Origin: Octopus sinensis
Lineage: Eukaryota
Direction: 5' to 3'
Assembly: GCF_006345805.1 (NCBI RefSeq)
Contig: NW_021835961.1
Coordinates: 19,595-83,594 of the forward strand
DNA: 64,000 nucleotides
Position 1 is the stretch's first letter, and the number at the start of each line of letters is the position of its first letter. Below the pieces are notes generated by a model. It was not told the origin of the DNA. It did not search any database and saw only the letters and a program-made list of their open reading frames with translations. The position numbers and the translations under genes are program-made. Shown here in pieces: positions 1 through 13,087 of the stretch.

Positions 1-1093
1 GACCTGCCCAACCCATGCCAGCTGGAAAGTGGATATACGATTGATGATGATGACATATATGTTTATTATATAGAGATGCAGGCATGGCTTTGTGGTAAGA
101 AGTTTGCTTCCCAACTACGTGGTTCTTGGTTCAGTCCCACTGCATGGCACCTCGGGCAAGTGTCTTCTACTACAGCCTTGGGCCAACCAAAGCCTTGTGA
201 GTGGATTTGGTAGATGGAAACTGAAAAGAGCCTATATGTGTGTGTGTGTGTCTTTGTGGCTGTGTTTGTCCCTCCCCCCTCCCCACCACCACATGATAAC
301 CAGTGCTGGTGTGTTTACGTCCCTGTAACTTAGCAATTTGACAAAAGAGACCGACAGAATAAATACCAGATTTCAAAAAATAAGTACTGGGATTGATACA
401 TATGACTAAACTTCTTCAAGGTGGTGCCCCAGAATGGCCACAATTCATTGACTGAAACAAATGATTATATATATATATATATATGTACAGTATTATATAT
501 CCATCACAGCCGGTCTTACCAATTGGTTTTGCACTAGGGATACAATGGAGTGTTAGGCAACAATTTGATTATATAACCCTATATTCATCAGAGGTAGCCG
601 ATGTATACAAGTTAATAAAATGAATGGTTTATACCTGGCATCTTCCATCTTCTGTCTCTCATTATACACACACACACACACATATCAAATCAGGATCATC
701 ATTTTAATGTCTACTTTTCCATGCTTGCATGGATCAGACAGAATTTGTGCAGGGAGATTTTCTATGGCCCAATACCTTTCTAGACTCACAAGGCTTTGGT
801 CAGCCCGAGGCTATAGTAGAAGACATGTGCCCAAGGTGCCATGCAGTGGGACTGAACCCGGAACCATGTGGTTGGTAAGCAAGCTACTTACCACACAGCC
901 ACTCTTACCAAGAAAAAAATATATTGGTCTTTGGTACAAGACGCACTCTTGTTTATATCACTAACAAGGAGATAAGTTGCTGTTATTTCGAGCAGACAAA
1001 TGCCATCATTGACAAGACCAAGGAAGGTTGAAATCACATTATCCAATGGCCTGGTGCTGCAGGTGATGAGGATTTATCTCCCCTCCAGCAATA

Positions 1094-1645
1094 TATGAGT
1101 TCTGATCAATAAGTATCCGGACTGTTGCTATAATAACGAAGCTAAGGCACATAGAGTAAAGCTGTTTGACACAGATTGACCTTGACCTCTATTGTACATG
1201 CACACTATGTTTTAATGTTCATTGGCCATGACTGAGAAAGTTATCATGGCAATACTTGCTCAGAGGCCTATGCAAAGTTGCAGGAAGTGTATGGAGCGGA
1301 GTTTATGAGTCACACACAAGTGTACAAGTGTTCCAGATGTTTTCAAGATGGCTGGAAAAATGTTGATTTTGACAAACATTCTGGGAGACCTGCAACTAGA
1401 GGAACTGAAAAAACCATTGCAGCTGTGAGGGGAAATCATTGAATCGCCATCCATGATTTATCAGAGGATGTGCAAATTAGTTACAGTTCAGTTCAGTCCA
1501 TTATCCCTGAATATGTGGGTGTGAGACACGTCTCTGCCAAGCTTGTGCCAAAACTGCTTTCAAATGACCAAAAGGACACTCGGATTCCAGCTGCACAAGA
1601 TCTTGATAGTGTCGAGAACAATGAAAACGTTTTGAAAACATTGCG
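1094..1645 (+). mobile_element. Mariner transposase remnant (5' half)
   Basis: TA followed by TIR-like tgagttctgatcaataagtatccggac. Frameshifted AYAKLQEVYG..MSHTQVYK..RPA...ISYSSVQSII...VSAKLVPKLLSNDQKDTR matches the mariner HTH region and WVPxxL-type motif. Confidence 0.85.
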
Positions 1646-1964
1646 TAGGCCCCTGAGCAGGTATCCTCAAGATTTTGTCAAAATTTGATGCAGATTCTGT
1701 GCTCAGCTTTCTCCATCATGGTACTTTCATATATAATAGTGTGTGGCAAATTGATTTATTTTGCACATTCTTACAGAAACTCAAGTCTGAGGCTAACTAC
1801 AAAAATATTTTTTATTTTCATTCTCTTTGAAATTGGTCTTATTCGTGGTTTGGGCTTTAACTGCCCTTTCTAGCAAGTAAGGTGTCTTGTCAAAGGGCAC
1901 CTCTTTCGTGTATAAATATGTAAATATGTTTATACACTATTGTATATGAAAATATGTTGTCTAA

Positions 1965-2380
1965 GTGCAAGAGTGGCTGTGTGGTAAGTAGCTTGTTTAC
2001 CAACCACATGGTTCCGGGTTCAGTCCCACTGCATGGCACCTTGGGCAAGTGTCTTCTACTATAGCCTCGGGCCGACCAAAGCCTTGTGAGTGGATTTGTT
2101 AGACGGAAACTGAAAGAAGCCCGTCGTATATATGTATATATATGTATATGTATGTGTGTGTATGTGTTTGTGTATCTGTGTTTGTCCCCTCCAACATCGC
2201 TTGACAACTGATGCTGGTGTGTTTACGTCCCCATAACTTAGCGGTTCTGCAAAAGAGACTGATATAATAAGTACTGGGCTTCCAAGGAATAAGTCCTGGG
2301 GTTGATGTGGTCGACTAAAGGTGGTGCTCCAGCATGGCTGCAGTCAAATGACTGAAACAAATAAAAGAGTAAAGAGTAAG
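1965..2380 (+). mobile_element. tRNA-derived SINE family A (CORE-like, internal (TA)/(TG) tract), full copy
   Basis: A box TGGCTGTGTGG, B box GGTTCAGTCCC, CACCTTGGGCAAGT core. Other copies: 76-470, 783-906, 5513-5812, 9290-9515, 31140-31462, 36730-37085, 38012-38205, 44127-44300, 52825-53195, 54140-54305. Confidence 0.85.
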
Positions 2381-2639
2381 ATTATTGACTTTATTACCCT
2401 TATTATTTTCACAGTAAACTTTTTGTAGTTTCAAAGCCTTTCTGGTATGCAGTTTTAAATTTTTTTATTATTATTTGCTGCCAAATGTATCTGCACTTGT
2501 GATGTGGATTTGAAAATTATAATGTATAAGTATGTAGCATGTGTGTTTTTGGTGCTATTTGCTGCATAAATATGCATTAACCCTTTTGTTACCAACCCGG
2601 CTGAAACCACCTCTGGCTCTGTTTTTAGGATATTTATTA

Positions 2640-2990
2640 TATCCCTGCCAGAGCAGCCAACTGGCTTCCGTGCCAGTGGCACGTAAAAGGGCACCATTCG
2701 AGCGTGATCGTTACCAAAGTTGCCTTACTGGCACCTGTGCTGGTGGCATGTGTAATAGGATTCGAGCGAGGTCGTTGCCAGTACCGCCTGACTGGCCCCC
2801 GTGCCGGTGGCACGTAAAAAGCACTCACTACACTCTCGGAGTGGTTGGTGTTAGGAAGGGCATCCAGCTGTACAAACTCTGCCAAATCAAGATTGGAGAC
2901 TGGTGCAACCATCTGGTTTGCCTGCCCTCAGTCAAAATCGTCCAACCCATGCTAGCATGGAAAGCGGACGTTAAACGATGATGATGATGA
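2640..2990 (+). mobile_element. Retroposon family E with AGGAAGGGCATCC module and (GAT)n tail
   Basis: GGTGGCACGTAAAAAGCAC...GGAAGGGCATCCAGCTGTA...CCCATGCTAGCATGGAAAGCGGACGTTAAACGATGATG. Other copies: 13908-14110, 19660-19870, 20470-20680, 21020-21560, 26895-27228, 30445-30660, 38258-38582, 39015-39425, 44330-44555, 53903-54140, 54310-54460. Confidence 0.75.
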
Positions 2991-3191
2991 TCAGAGACGG
3001 TGTGAGAAGATGATTAAGCAATAGTTAATTTAGATAAGATATGAAATAGAGAGTGACACTTTTGGGTCTCACTGACACCATTACCTCTCATAACCTATAT
3101 GTGTGTGTGTGTGTGTGTGTGACCACGTGTGTATCATTGACGATTTTTATCCTGTGTCTTCCCTTCCTTGGACTTTTTCTTTTTTTTCTAT

Positions 3192-3226
3192 ATTTCTGAC
3201 GAAGAGCTCCGCTCGAAACGTGAAAT
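3192..3226 (+). ncRNA. Minimal hammerhead-like motif in a Penelope-type terminal fragment (N17=G)
   Basis: ATTT CTGACGA A GAGC TCC GCTC GAAAC GTG AAAT. Confidence 0.5.
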
Positions 3227-5822
3227 CCTCCTTTCTTTCCTGAGCGTCCAATAACACTATACTTATTCCACATCCTCACGTTGTTGTGTTTTCTCTTTGT
3301 TCGTGTTTGGATTAACTATGTATACATTATAAGCTTTCTTACAGGATCTGTGTGCCAAATTTCACTGGTCAACTTGAAACTATGGTAGAAAGTATTATTT
3401 CCCTTAATTACTATGAAGTGAGATTGAACTGCCAGCCACATGGGTACAATGCAAACTTCGTTAATCACACACCCATTAATGAGGTGTGAATGTGAATGAA
3501 ATGCTAACAATTTTGCATATTCACTATTGTATATAGTATTAAATATTGGTTTCAAATTTTTGCACAAGACCAGCAATTTCAGGGAGAGAGGTAAGTTGAT
3601 TACATCAACCCTATTGCTCAACTGGTACCTATCTTATCGACTGAGAAAGGATGAAAGGCAAAGCAAACATCTGCAGGATTTGAACCCAGAGCATTAAGCC
3701 AGATGAAATATCGATTTTTTTATTACCCACATGGGGCTAAACATAGAGGGGACAAACAAGGACAGACATAGGTATTAAGTCGATTACATCGACCCCAGTG
3801 CGTAACTGGTACTTAATTTATCGACCCCAAAAGGATGAAAGGTAAAGTCGACCTCGGCGGAATTTGAACCCACAACGTAACGACAGACAAAATACGACTA
3901 CGCATTTCGCCCGATGTGCTAACGTTTCTGCCAGCTCGCAGATGAAATACCGTTAGCCATTTTGACCAGCATGCTAACAGTTCTGCCGGCTTGATACCTT
4001 AATATATAGTATTAAACATTAAAATGCTTTTCTTTAATGTACAATATTACGGCTACTGACAGTTTTGAGGTCAAGATCTATAAGCTGGCCATTCAATATC
4101 TTATCGACTCTGTCATTTCTTTTTGTGTATTTATTTTATCTGACATATTTTGAATAACTGTGTCATTTGTTATAGATTCCCAATGGGTTAGGCTCTAGTT
4201 CACTGCATTTGTGTTACTGCATGTGACAAGGGTGTATCTGTGTAACTCTGGAGAAACAAATATCACAAAGTATTTTCGATGGACAGCACTAGTTTACTTC
4301 CCTTGCAGTTGTTTACATCTTTTGCTGAGACAAACCATTATCATTTAGAAACCAGTTTTTCCTGCTTGCATAAAAATCAGTTGGAATTTGTTGAGGTTGG
4401 ATGCTCTTCCTGTTGCCCACCCTCACCTATTTCCCAGCAAGATAATGTTTTTCCATAACTAGCCATGTTTTTCATGAAAGACTGGAAATAAATAAGCTCA
4501 CTCGAATACTGATGATGCTTATTTACAAGCATCATGGACTGTCTAGGCAAAAGAACACATGTACACACACACACACACACACATACACACACATACACAC
4601 ACACACACACATTTTGAATTAGAAGCAACTGTAATAATTTAAGCATTAATAATGACACATAGTTAATGCATGCAGTTAGTTTGTAAAATTATTGGCTTAA
4701 TGATTCATCCAGATAAAAAGATAAAGACCCCCTTTGATCATGAATAACTATGGGATTGCACCTAGAAAATCCCCCTCAGAGGCACAAGTCCAGGCAAGGT
4801 TGTTTATGGAAGACCAGCAGTCACCCATGCATACCAGCCTCCTCTCTCCATGCCACTGATGTTGTCCAAAGGAAAGGCAAACGCTGTTACTGCTTGGCAT
4901 CAGTGACGTTGCAACTCATTTCTACAGCTGAGTGAATTGGAGCGACTTGAAATAAAGTGTCTTCCTCAAGAACACAACACACAGCCCAGTCTGGGAATAG
5001 AACTCACTAACCACTGAGCCATGCCTGACACTCTGATCACTGAGCCATGCGATTTCACCCAGATAGATGTCCCTTTTAAACATTTAGTGTTTATGTGCTT
5101 ATTGGCTGGATGATTTGTTTCATCTGGGTTGCAGTTTCCAATGTTTTTTAAAATTCGGCATCTCAAAGGGATGTTTCCTTGGGCACAATCATGCAGCAAA
5201 CAAAACACAAACGTTATGTATGTGACGTTATTGTTTCTCCTTCACCTAACTCAGAACCACCTGCTGTTCATTTGGATCTGGAGTCTGTAGACAACAGTGC
5301 AATAGATGCAGTGAGTGTACCCATGTGTGACCGTAATGAATCATTGTTTATTCAGTCAGCCACTGATGAATGAATGCATAACTGGCGAACAAATCTGTGT
5401 TTACTTCAGTGAGTTCGTATTTGTCATTATAAATTGATTATATATGATAGCGCTGATCTGACCTTGGTTCTTTCACTATTTAAATATCCGATTCTCTCGA
5501 ATCCTGGAAATTTTTGTGGTAAGAAGCTTGCTTCCCAACCTCATGGTTGTGGGTTCAGTCTCAGTGTGTGACACCTTGAGCAAGTGTCTTCTACTATAGC
5601 CGTAGGCTGACCAGAGCCTTGTGAGTGGATTTGGTAGATGGAAACAGAAAGAAGCCTGTATAGTATAGATATTATATAAATATATATATATATATATACA
5701 TATGTATATCTATGTGCATGTGTCTTTTGTCTGTGTTTTTCCCCCCACCATCTTGACAACCAGTATTGGTGTGTTTACATCCCCACAACTAAATGGTTTA
5801 ACAAAAGAGACAACAACTGAGC

Positions 5823-6160
5823 TGAGACCCCCCCCCCTCTTCGGTCATAGCTGACCATGGGATTGCACCTAGAAAGTTACTCTCCAAGGCACAAGTCCGG
5901 ACAAGGTTGTTTATGGAAGACCAGCAGTCACCCATGCATACCGGTCTCCCCCTCTCCACGCCACCAGCGTTATCCAAGGGAAAGGCAACGGCCGATACAG
6001 CTTGGCACCTGTGACGTCGCAACTCATTTCTACAGCTGAGTGAACTGGAGCAATGTGAAATAAAGTGTCTTGCTCAAGAGCACAACACGCAGCCCAGTCT
6101 GGGATTTGAACTCACAACCTCACGATCGTAAGCTCAACGCTCTAACCAGTGAGCCATGTG
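5823..6160 (-). mobile_element. tRNA-derived SINE family B
   Basis: Head TGGCTCACTGGTTAGAGC...GAGTTCAAATCCC, GCAAGACACTTTATTTCAC core. Other copies: 4722-5052(-), 10238-10365(+), 10590-10845(+), 41765-41932(-). Confidence 0.8.
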
Positions 6161-7574
6161 AACTATGACGATAATAATCCTTTCTCCTATAAGCATAAGG
6201 CCTGAAATTTGTGGGTGGGTGTAAGTGGATTATATTAATCCCAGTACTTGACTAGTTCTTATTTAATCAAACCTGAAAGGATGAAAGGTAAAGTCAACCT
6301 TGATGGAATTTGAAGACAGAACATAGAGATGGACGAAATACTGTTTAAGCATCTTGCTTGGTGTGCTAACAACGCTGCCAACTTGCCTTAACAACAGCAG
6401 CAACAACAACAATAATAATAATGATAATAATAATTGTTAAAAATTATCGTAGGTTAACTATATCTCAAATCCAAAAGATTGTGTTAACCAGTATTTCCCA
6501 CATCCTTAGAAAAACCCTATCGTTTCTACTAAAGGCACAAAACCTGAAATTTTGCAGGAGTGGGTAAGTCAATGACATCGACCTCAGTCCATACCTGGTA
6601 CTTATTTCACCGACCCTGAAAGGATGAAGGGCAAAGTTGACCTTGGTGGAATTTGAACTCAGAACGGGAAGACTGAAAAAATGCTGCTAAGCATTTGCCT
6701 GGCATGCTAATGCTTCTGCCAGCTCTCCACCCTTTAATAATAATAATAATAATGATAATAATAATTGGAAGTGTCATCATGTACATTATTTTGTCTTGGT
6801 ATAAAAGATGGGCTACAGCAAATATTCTGCTCAATACCACAGATTTGCTTGTCAGTTGTTTGACCATAACCAGTTGAGCATGTCCCTTAGTGGCTGACGA
6901 TATGTGCATCTCTGATCACGAGCAGAAGTAGTGGGGGAGCATCATAGCCATGTGTTGAGAGGGATTCTTTGGGGTTTGAATAATTCACCTCTGGAAACAT
7001 GGGTGGTTCTTTCAACATCCTTAAACAACCCTTATTCAGGGACCTTTTGAGCGGGATGGGCTACTCAACCTGAAGAAAATTCTAAATGGGCCCCACCCGC
7101 AAGGTCATGTGCTGTTTATCTTGATATGAGATCACCATGTCGCGCACATATGGTTGTGATGCATGTGCCTGGTGTACCCTTATCAGACGGGTAGTCATGA
7201 TGGGTATATTGGGCTTCGTATATTTTACCCCAGTGTCACTTTGATGGCATGCACTGCTCTCTCACTCAATAATAATAATAATAATAATTCATTCTACTTT
7301 AGGCAGAAGGCCAGCAACTTTTTAAGAGAGAGAGCTAGTTGATTACATAGGGCTCAGTGCTTGACTAATATTTATTTCATTGGCATACCGGGTGAAACGC
7401 TTAGCGGTATTTCATCTGTCTTTACATTTTGAGTACAAATTCCGCCAGGGTTGACTTTACCTTTCATCTTTTCGAGCTTGATAAATTAAGTACAAGTTGT
7501 GCACCAGGGTCGATCTAATCGACTACCCCTCCTCCCCCAAAATTTCGGGCCTTGTGCCTAAACTAGAAAAGAAT

Positions 7575-8165
7575 AATGCCCTGTTGTAGTACCAGACACT
7601 GGCTCTCATGGCTTCTGATCTTAATTCATTAGAAGTGTTATCATGTACATTGTTTTTTCTTTGGTATAAAAGATGGGCTACAGCAAATATTCTGCTCAGT
7701 ATCATAGATTTGCTTGTCACTTGTTTGACCATAACCAGTTGAGCATTTCCTTTATTGGCTGACAATATGTGCATCTCTGGCCACAAGCAGAAGTAGTTGG
7801 GGAGCATCATAGCTATGTTAAAATGAATTCTCTGGGAATTTAATAATTTGTTTCTGGAAACATGAGTGTTTTGTTCAACATCCTTAGACAACCCTTATTC
7901 AGTGACCTTTTGAGTGGGATGGGCTATTTGACATGAGGAAAATTCTAACTGGGCCCTACCTGCAAGGTCATGTGCTGTTTATCTTGATATAAGATCATCA
8001 TGTTGCGCACATATAGTTGTGATACATGTGCCTGGTGTACCGTTATCAGACAGGTTGTCATGATGGGTATAATGGGCTTCGTATTTTTTATCCAAGTGTC
8101 ACTTTGATGGCATGCACTGCTCTTTCACTCAATATTAATAATAATAATAATAATAATAATAATGT
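7575..8165 (+). repeat. Unclassified ~560-bp interspersed repeat F flanked by (AAT)n
   Basis: Copies at 6765-7290(+), 7575-8165(+) and 49505-50050(-); no TIR or ORF seen. Confidence 0.8.
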
Positions 8166-8400
8166 ATACGTAAAATACTGTCTGTGTAATCTCAAATTTT
8201 AAAACAAACACAATTTTCTTATGGTTTCTTAAACATTCTCAAGAACAACACTATGTACAAAACCAAATATACGGTACCCTAGGCATAATACCAGCATGAA
8301 CTTCTAACTTGTCTCTTGAGATCGCTGGGTGAGACTTGAAACCTACTTGTACGATTGCAAAGCAAAAGTCAAACATAAAATAATAATAATAATGATGATG
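8166..8400 (+). mobile_element. Extreme 3' end of an R4/Dong-like LINE with (AAT)n tail
   Basis: Begins IRKILSV* followed by a 3' UTR; homologous reverse copy at 50300-50458. Confidence 0.55.
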
Positions 8401-8483
8401 ATAGCCACAAATATGCAATAGAGGTGAGAATTTATATTTTGGAGTCTGAATTTCAAACCTGTAATTTTTAAATTCTGGATATG

Positions 8484-8620
8484 AGGCGCAGGAGTGGCTG
8501 TGTGGTAAGTAGCTTGTTTACGAACCACATGGTTCTGGGCAAGTGTCTTCTACTATAGCCTCGGGCCGACCAAAGCCTTGTGAGTGGATTTGGTAGATGG
8601 AAACTGAAAGAAGCCCGTCG

Positions 8621-8652
<32 letters not shown>

Positions 8653-8862
8653 TGTGTGTGTTTGTGTTTGTTCCCCTAGCATTGCTTGACAACCGATGCT
8701 GGTGTGTTTATGTCCCCGTTACTTAGCGGTTCAGTAAAATAGACCGATAGAATAAGTACTGGGCTTACAAAAGAATAAGTCCCGGGATCGAGTTGCTCGA
8801 TTAAAGGCGGTGCTCCAGCATGGCCACAGTCAAATGACTGAAACAAGTAAAATAGTAAAAGC
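8484..8862 (+). mobile_element. SINE family A
   Basis: Near-full copy matching 1965-2380. Confidence 0.85.
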
Positions 8863-9516
8863 GTATGTATTATTAATGACTATCTCAAGAGTACAGCTAA
8901 ACTATCTAAAGTATACTCCAGAATTATATATGTCATTAAAGCACACATTAAAATGGTGCTATAATCTATGTGTCTCTCTATATATACATATTATCCCAAA
9001 ACTTACTATGTATTTTCACACATAAAAATTCATTCAGTATGCTCAACCATTTGTATCTGAAATGTAGGACAATATTTGTTCTGTGAAATGTTGCCACCCA
9101 CATATTGATACATGACACTCCTTTCCTCATGATCTTAGAAAATCTTGTTAATATTTAATATTAAAATAATTTATTGAATTCATACCTTGACCGAATAATT
9201 TCAAAACACAAATGATTTGCGAATTTCATCTTGAATGAGGTATATTGAATGCAGCATTTCTGTCTGAATTGAATGAATGCCTCACAGAGATACAGGTGTG
9301 GCTGTGTGGTTAAGGTGTTTCCATTGCAACTAGATGGTTTGGGGTTCAGTCCCACTGCGCAGCACTTTTGGCAAGTGTTTTTTTTTACTATAGCTCCCCG
9401 TTGACCAATGTCTCGTGAGTGAATTTTGTAGATGGAAATGTGTGGAAGCCTGTCATGTATATAAGTGTGTGTGTGTTTGTGTTGTCCTCCCACTGTTTGA
9501 TAACCGGTGTTGGTTT

Positions 9517-9917
9517 ACTCTTTTACCTGTTTCAGTCATTTGACTGTGGCCATGCTGGAGCACCGCCTTTAGTCGAGCAAATCGACCCCAGGACTTATTC
9601 TTTGTAAGCCTAGTACTTATTCTCTCGGTCTCTTTTGCTGAACTGCTAAGTTACGGGGACATAAACACACCAGCATTGGTTGTCAAGTGATGTTGGGGGG
9701 GGAGGGTCAAACATATACACACATGTACATATATAGATATATATACATATATTCGACGGGCTTCTTTCAGTTTCTGTCTACCAAATCCACTCACAAGGCT
9801 TTGGTCGGCCCGAGGCTATAGTAAAAGACACTTGCTCAAGGTGCCACGCAGTGGGACTGAACCTGGAATCATGTTGCTGGTAAGCAAGCTACTTACCACA
9901 CAGCCACTCCTACGCCT
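9517..9917 (-). mobile_element. SINE family A
   Basis: Full reverse copy. Confidence 0.85.
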
Positions 9918-10852
9918 GTAATTTAGCAGATCAGTGAAAGTGACTGATAGAATAAGTATCAAACCTTAAAAAAAAAAAAGGTAATAGTAATAATAATAAT
10001 AATAATATGTAGCAGGGTCAGTATGTTCAACCAAACCCCTCATAGTGGTACCCCAGCTTGGCCACAGTCCAATGACTGAAGTAAAAAGTGAAAGATAAAG
10101 AAAAAAACATAATCAGTGAATTGAACTCTATTCAGGGAAACCTCTCAGAATCATTGTTGTTGATGGTAATTGAGGTTACCAAATACTTACATCACAGGAG
10201 ATGCCCAACCCATTAATGATACCGGTACAGTAAGAAATGAGGGTGCATGGCCTTTTGGTTAAGGTATTGCACTCACAGTCACAAGATTATGGTTCTGATT
10301 CCTAGACTGGGCCGTGCATTGTGTTCTTGAGCAAAACTTTTCATTTCATGTTGCTCTGTAATCACTTTGACTTTTGATCTGTAGAGCATGGTGCACCTGT
10401 ATAGGCAATTTCATGGAGGAAGTTAGTCAACGTACAACACAAGCATTTGATTCCTATAAACAAATCATCTGTGAAAAGATGTTCAAGAAGAAATTACAGA
10501 ACCCTTATTTGTCATCTATGATAAGAGCCCATAATAGTATGATAAACATTGTACAAGAGTTAGTACTTTTACACATGTATACATCCTCTTGTGAAGGCAC
10601 AAGACTCAGTGGTTAGAGCATCGGGTTCACAACCATGAGGTAGTGAGTTCGATTCCTGGACTGGGCTGTGTGTTGAGCAAGACAATGTATTTCATGTTGA
10701 TCTAGTTCACTCAGCTGTGGAAATGAGTTGTGCCGTCACTAGTGCCAAGGTGTATTGCCTTTGCCATTCCCTTGGATAAAATCAGTGGCATGGAGAGGGG
10801 AGGCTGGCATGCATAGGAGACTACTTGTCTTCCATAAACAACCTGGACTTAT

Positions 10853-11080
10853 GGCGAGCTGGCAGAATTGTTATCACGCTGGGCGAAATGCGTAGCCATA
10901 TTTCGTCTGCTGTTACGTTCTGAGTTCAAATTCTGCCGAGGTCGACTTTGCCTTTCATCCTCTCGGGGTCGATAAATAAAGTACCAGTTTCGCACTGGGT
11001 CGATGTAATCAACTTAATCCCTTTGTCTGCCCTTGTTTGTCCCCTCTATGTTTAGCCCCTTGAGGGCAGTAAAGAAATAT
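10853..11080 (+). mobile_element. Short SINE family D (~200-230 bp)
   Basis: GGCGAGCTGGCAGAA...GAGTTCAAATTC...CTTTCATCCT...GGGGTCGAT. More than 15 other copies, e.g. 3548-4002, 6178-6390, 6518-6732, 7388-7572, 19930-20340, 25121-25322, 28835-29283, 31602-31815, 40767-40980, 45385-45600, 49315-49492, 52122-52540, 55378-55560, 59082-59280, 61790-61982. Confidence 0.85.
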
Positions 11081-12380
11081 ATATTTCAGAGGGTAAATTT
11101 CTAGGTGCAAACTGAAGGGGAGTCTTTCTACTTTTACATCTTCTTGATACCTGATGTTAAGATTTTGGATAGGAGCTCTCAGGTACTTTGCTACCAACCT
11201 ATGATCATTTTTATGTTTTTATATCTTCTGTTTAATGAGAGACTGCAATTCAAGTGACTATATATTAAATGATTTTATTAATTCATTAACTAAGGTATAA
11301 TTGAGGAAACATTGATGTTAAGGAAATCCTTTACAGTTAGAATGCCTGACTTCTTCATCCGTGATTCAGTGTGAATATTTAAATACTTTTTGTATACCAA
11401 CATTTTAAAATTTAAATTTTGATGCTGTTTACTGCTGATTTGCTCATCTTTCTTCAAGCAAATATAACATAGACTAGCTATTTTGACCCATGCTTTGCTT
11501 GGGTTTTGGTGGTGGTGTTGTTTTGTGCGTGTTGTCTCCTTTTCCCTTTCTTCTTTTGTTCGTCTTCTTTGCCTGGTCGCTTTCCAAAATCCCCCAAATT
11601 TTTACACCCACAATAAAAGATAACTGCCTGTAGCCCCTGCAGCAACACGAAAAGCCCCCATTATTCAAACAGCACAACCTGTCTATCCCATAAAACTCAA
11701 TTTTTCCCATATTCTTCACCATGGCAACCAAACGGTAGCCCCAAGCGACTTGCAACCCTCCTCACACCATTGCCTACCCCATTCCCCCCCCCCCCGTGTA
11801 AATTTTGGCACCAATCCGACCCCATCTACTGCCCCTTAAATCGTTCCCATCCCAAAATGAGACAAATAACCAAGAAATCAAACAACTTTTTCACATTTCA
11901 GCTTTATAGATATTGATTAAGCTTAGGTGTGACTGCAGAAAGGAGAAATATAAGAATATTCGTGCATTTATAAATAGGAAAGAGTATTTTTTATGTTTTT
12001 ATAGTAGTGATAGCATTTGAGATTTTCAGCTTGATTGCATTAACGATTTTGAGGCCAACCCAACTGTAACACCGCACCCCTCTGGTTCTGTGAATCAATG
12101 ATCTAAATTAAAATCTTCCGTTAAATTTCATGTTAATTTATATTCCAAACATCAGCTTAATAGTAACAAAGTTATTTTACTAAATTCTTCATTATTTAAA
12201 AAATTAATTGCAATTAAAGGCAGTGTATTTCAACAGAAATATTGTAACTAAAGGGTTGACATGCTGATTCCGTTTAATTTAAGCATTTATTAATGGATGA
12301 GCTGTTATATCACTTCCCCACATATTTTCTATTTTTATATTACTCATAGTTGGTGTGTATGTAGTAGTTTTAATAATGTA

Positions 12381-12760
12381 CTAGCAGTATCGCCCGGCGT
12401 TGCTCGGGTTTATAAGGGAAATAACTATATAAGCATTTTTAGTGAGTTATAGCAAAAAAATGGAATAAAAAACGATGGTAATTTTTTTTAAAATCGTTGA
12501 CTCATCGTAGACATTTTTAGAGTGTTACTTCCCTTATATAATAGCGAAAAAATGCATTAAAATGGAAAAAATGATGGTACATTTTTTTTTAAATCGTAGA
12601 CTCATCGTAGACGTGCGCTAATACCCAGAAGGGCTCGATATGAATCACGACTATAAGATACCCAGTTTTGGTTAAACTGCACCGCAAAATGTGGGAGTAG
12701 TTAGGAATCTAAATCGTAGGAGACAGACACACAACTTCACTTTTATATATAATATAAAGA
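12381..12760 (-). mobile_element. Non-autonomous Helitron (complete)
   Basis: On the minus strand it starts A|TC (12760), ends in a CCCGAGCAACGCCGGG hairpin plus CTAG|T (12381), and has a (GTCT)-like tract near the 5' end. Confidence 0.8.
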
Positions 12761-13087
12761 TTTGTGCAACAACTAAAACATTCGGTTGTGCAAATTGTTT
12801 GCACGGGAAACCTACCATGTGTGGCGGTTTTTGCCGTTTTTGTGGATCTGTTTCAGCTTTTTTAGCGATTTCTGTTTTGGCGACTTCAAGCCATGAAGTC
12901 ATTGTTCTAAAAGAACGCTGGTCTCCTTGACAACGCTTTACAATGTTGATTTCCCTACCCTGCCTTCCCCACAGCTTCACGAGGGAGGGAAGAAGGGGAG
13001 GAGCTACACAGGTGCAGGTGTGAGCATGAACGCCAACGCCGCCACCGACAAACGAAAAAATTGGAAGAACCTAGACGACAGCTTCAG

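Noticed and set aside
620-2981. Recurring ORFs such as TRLWSARGYSRRHLPKVPCSGTEPGTMW
   Set aside because: Translations of SINE families A and E, repeated wherever the SINE occurs.
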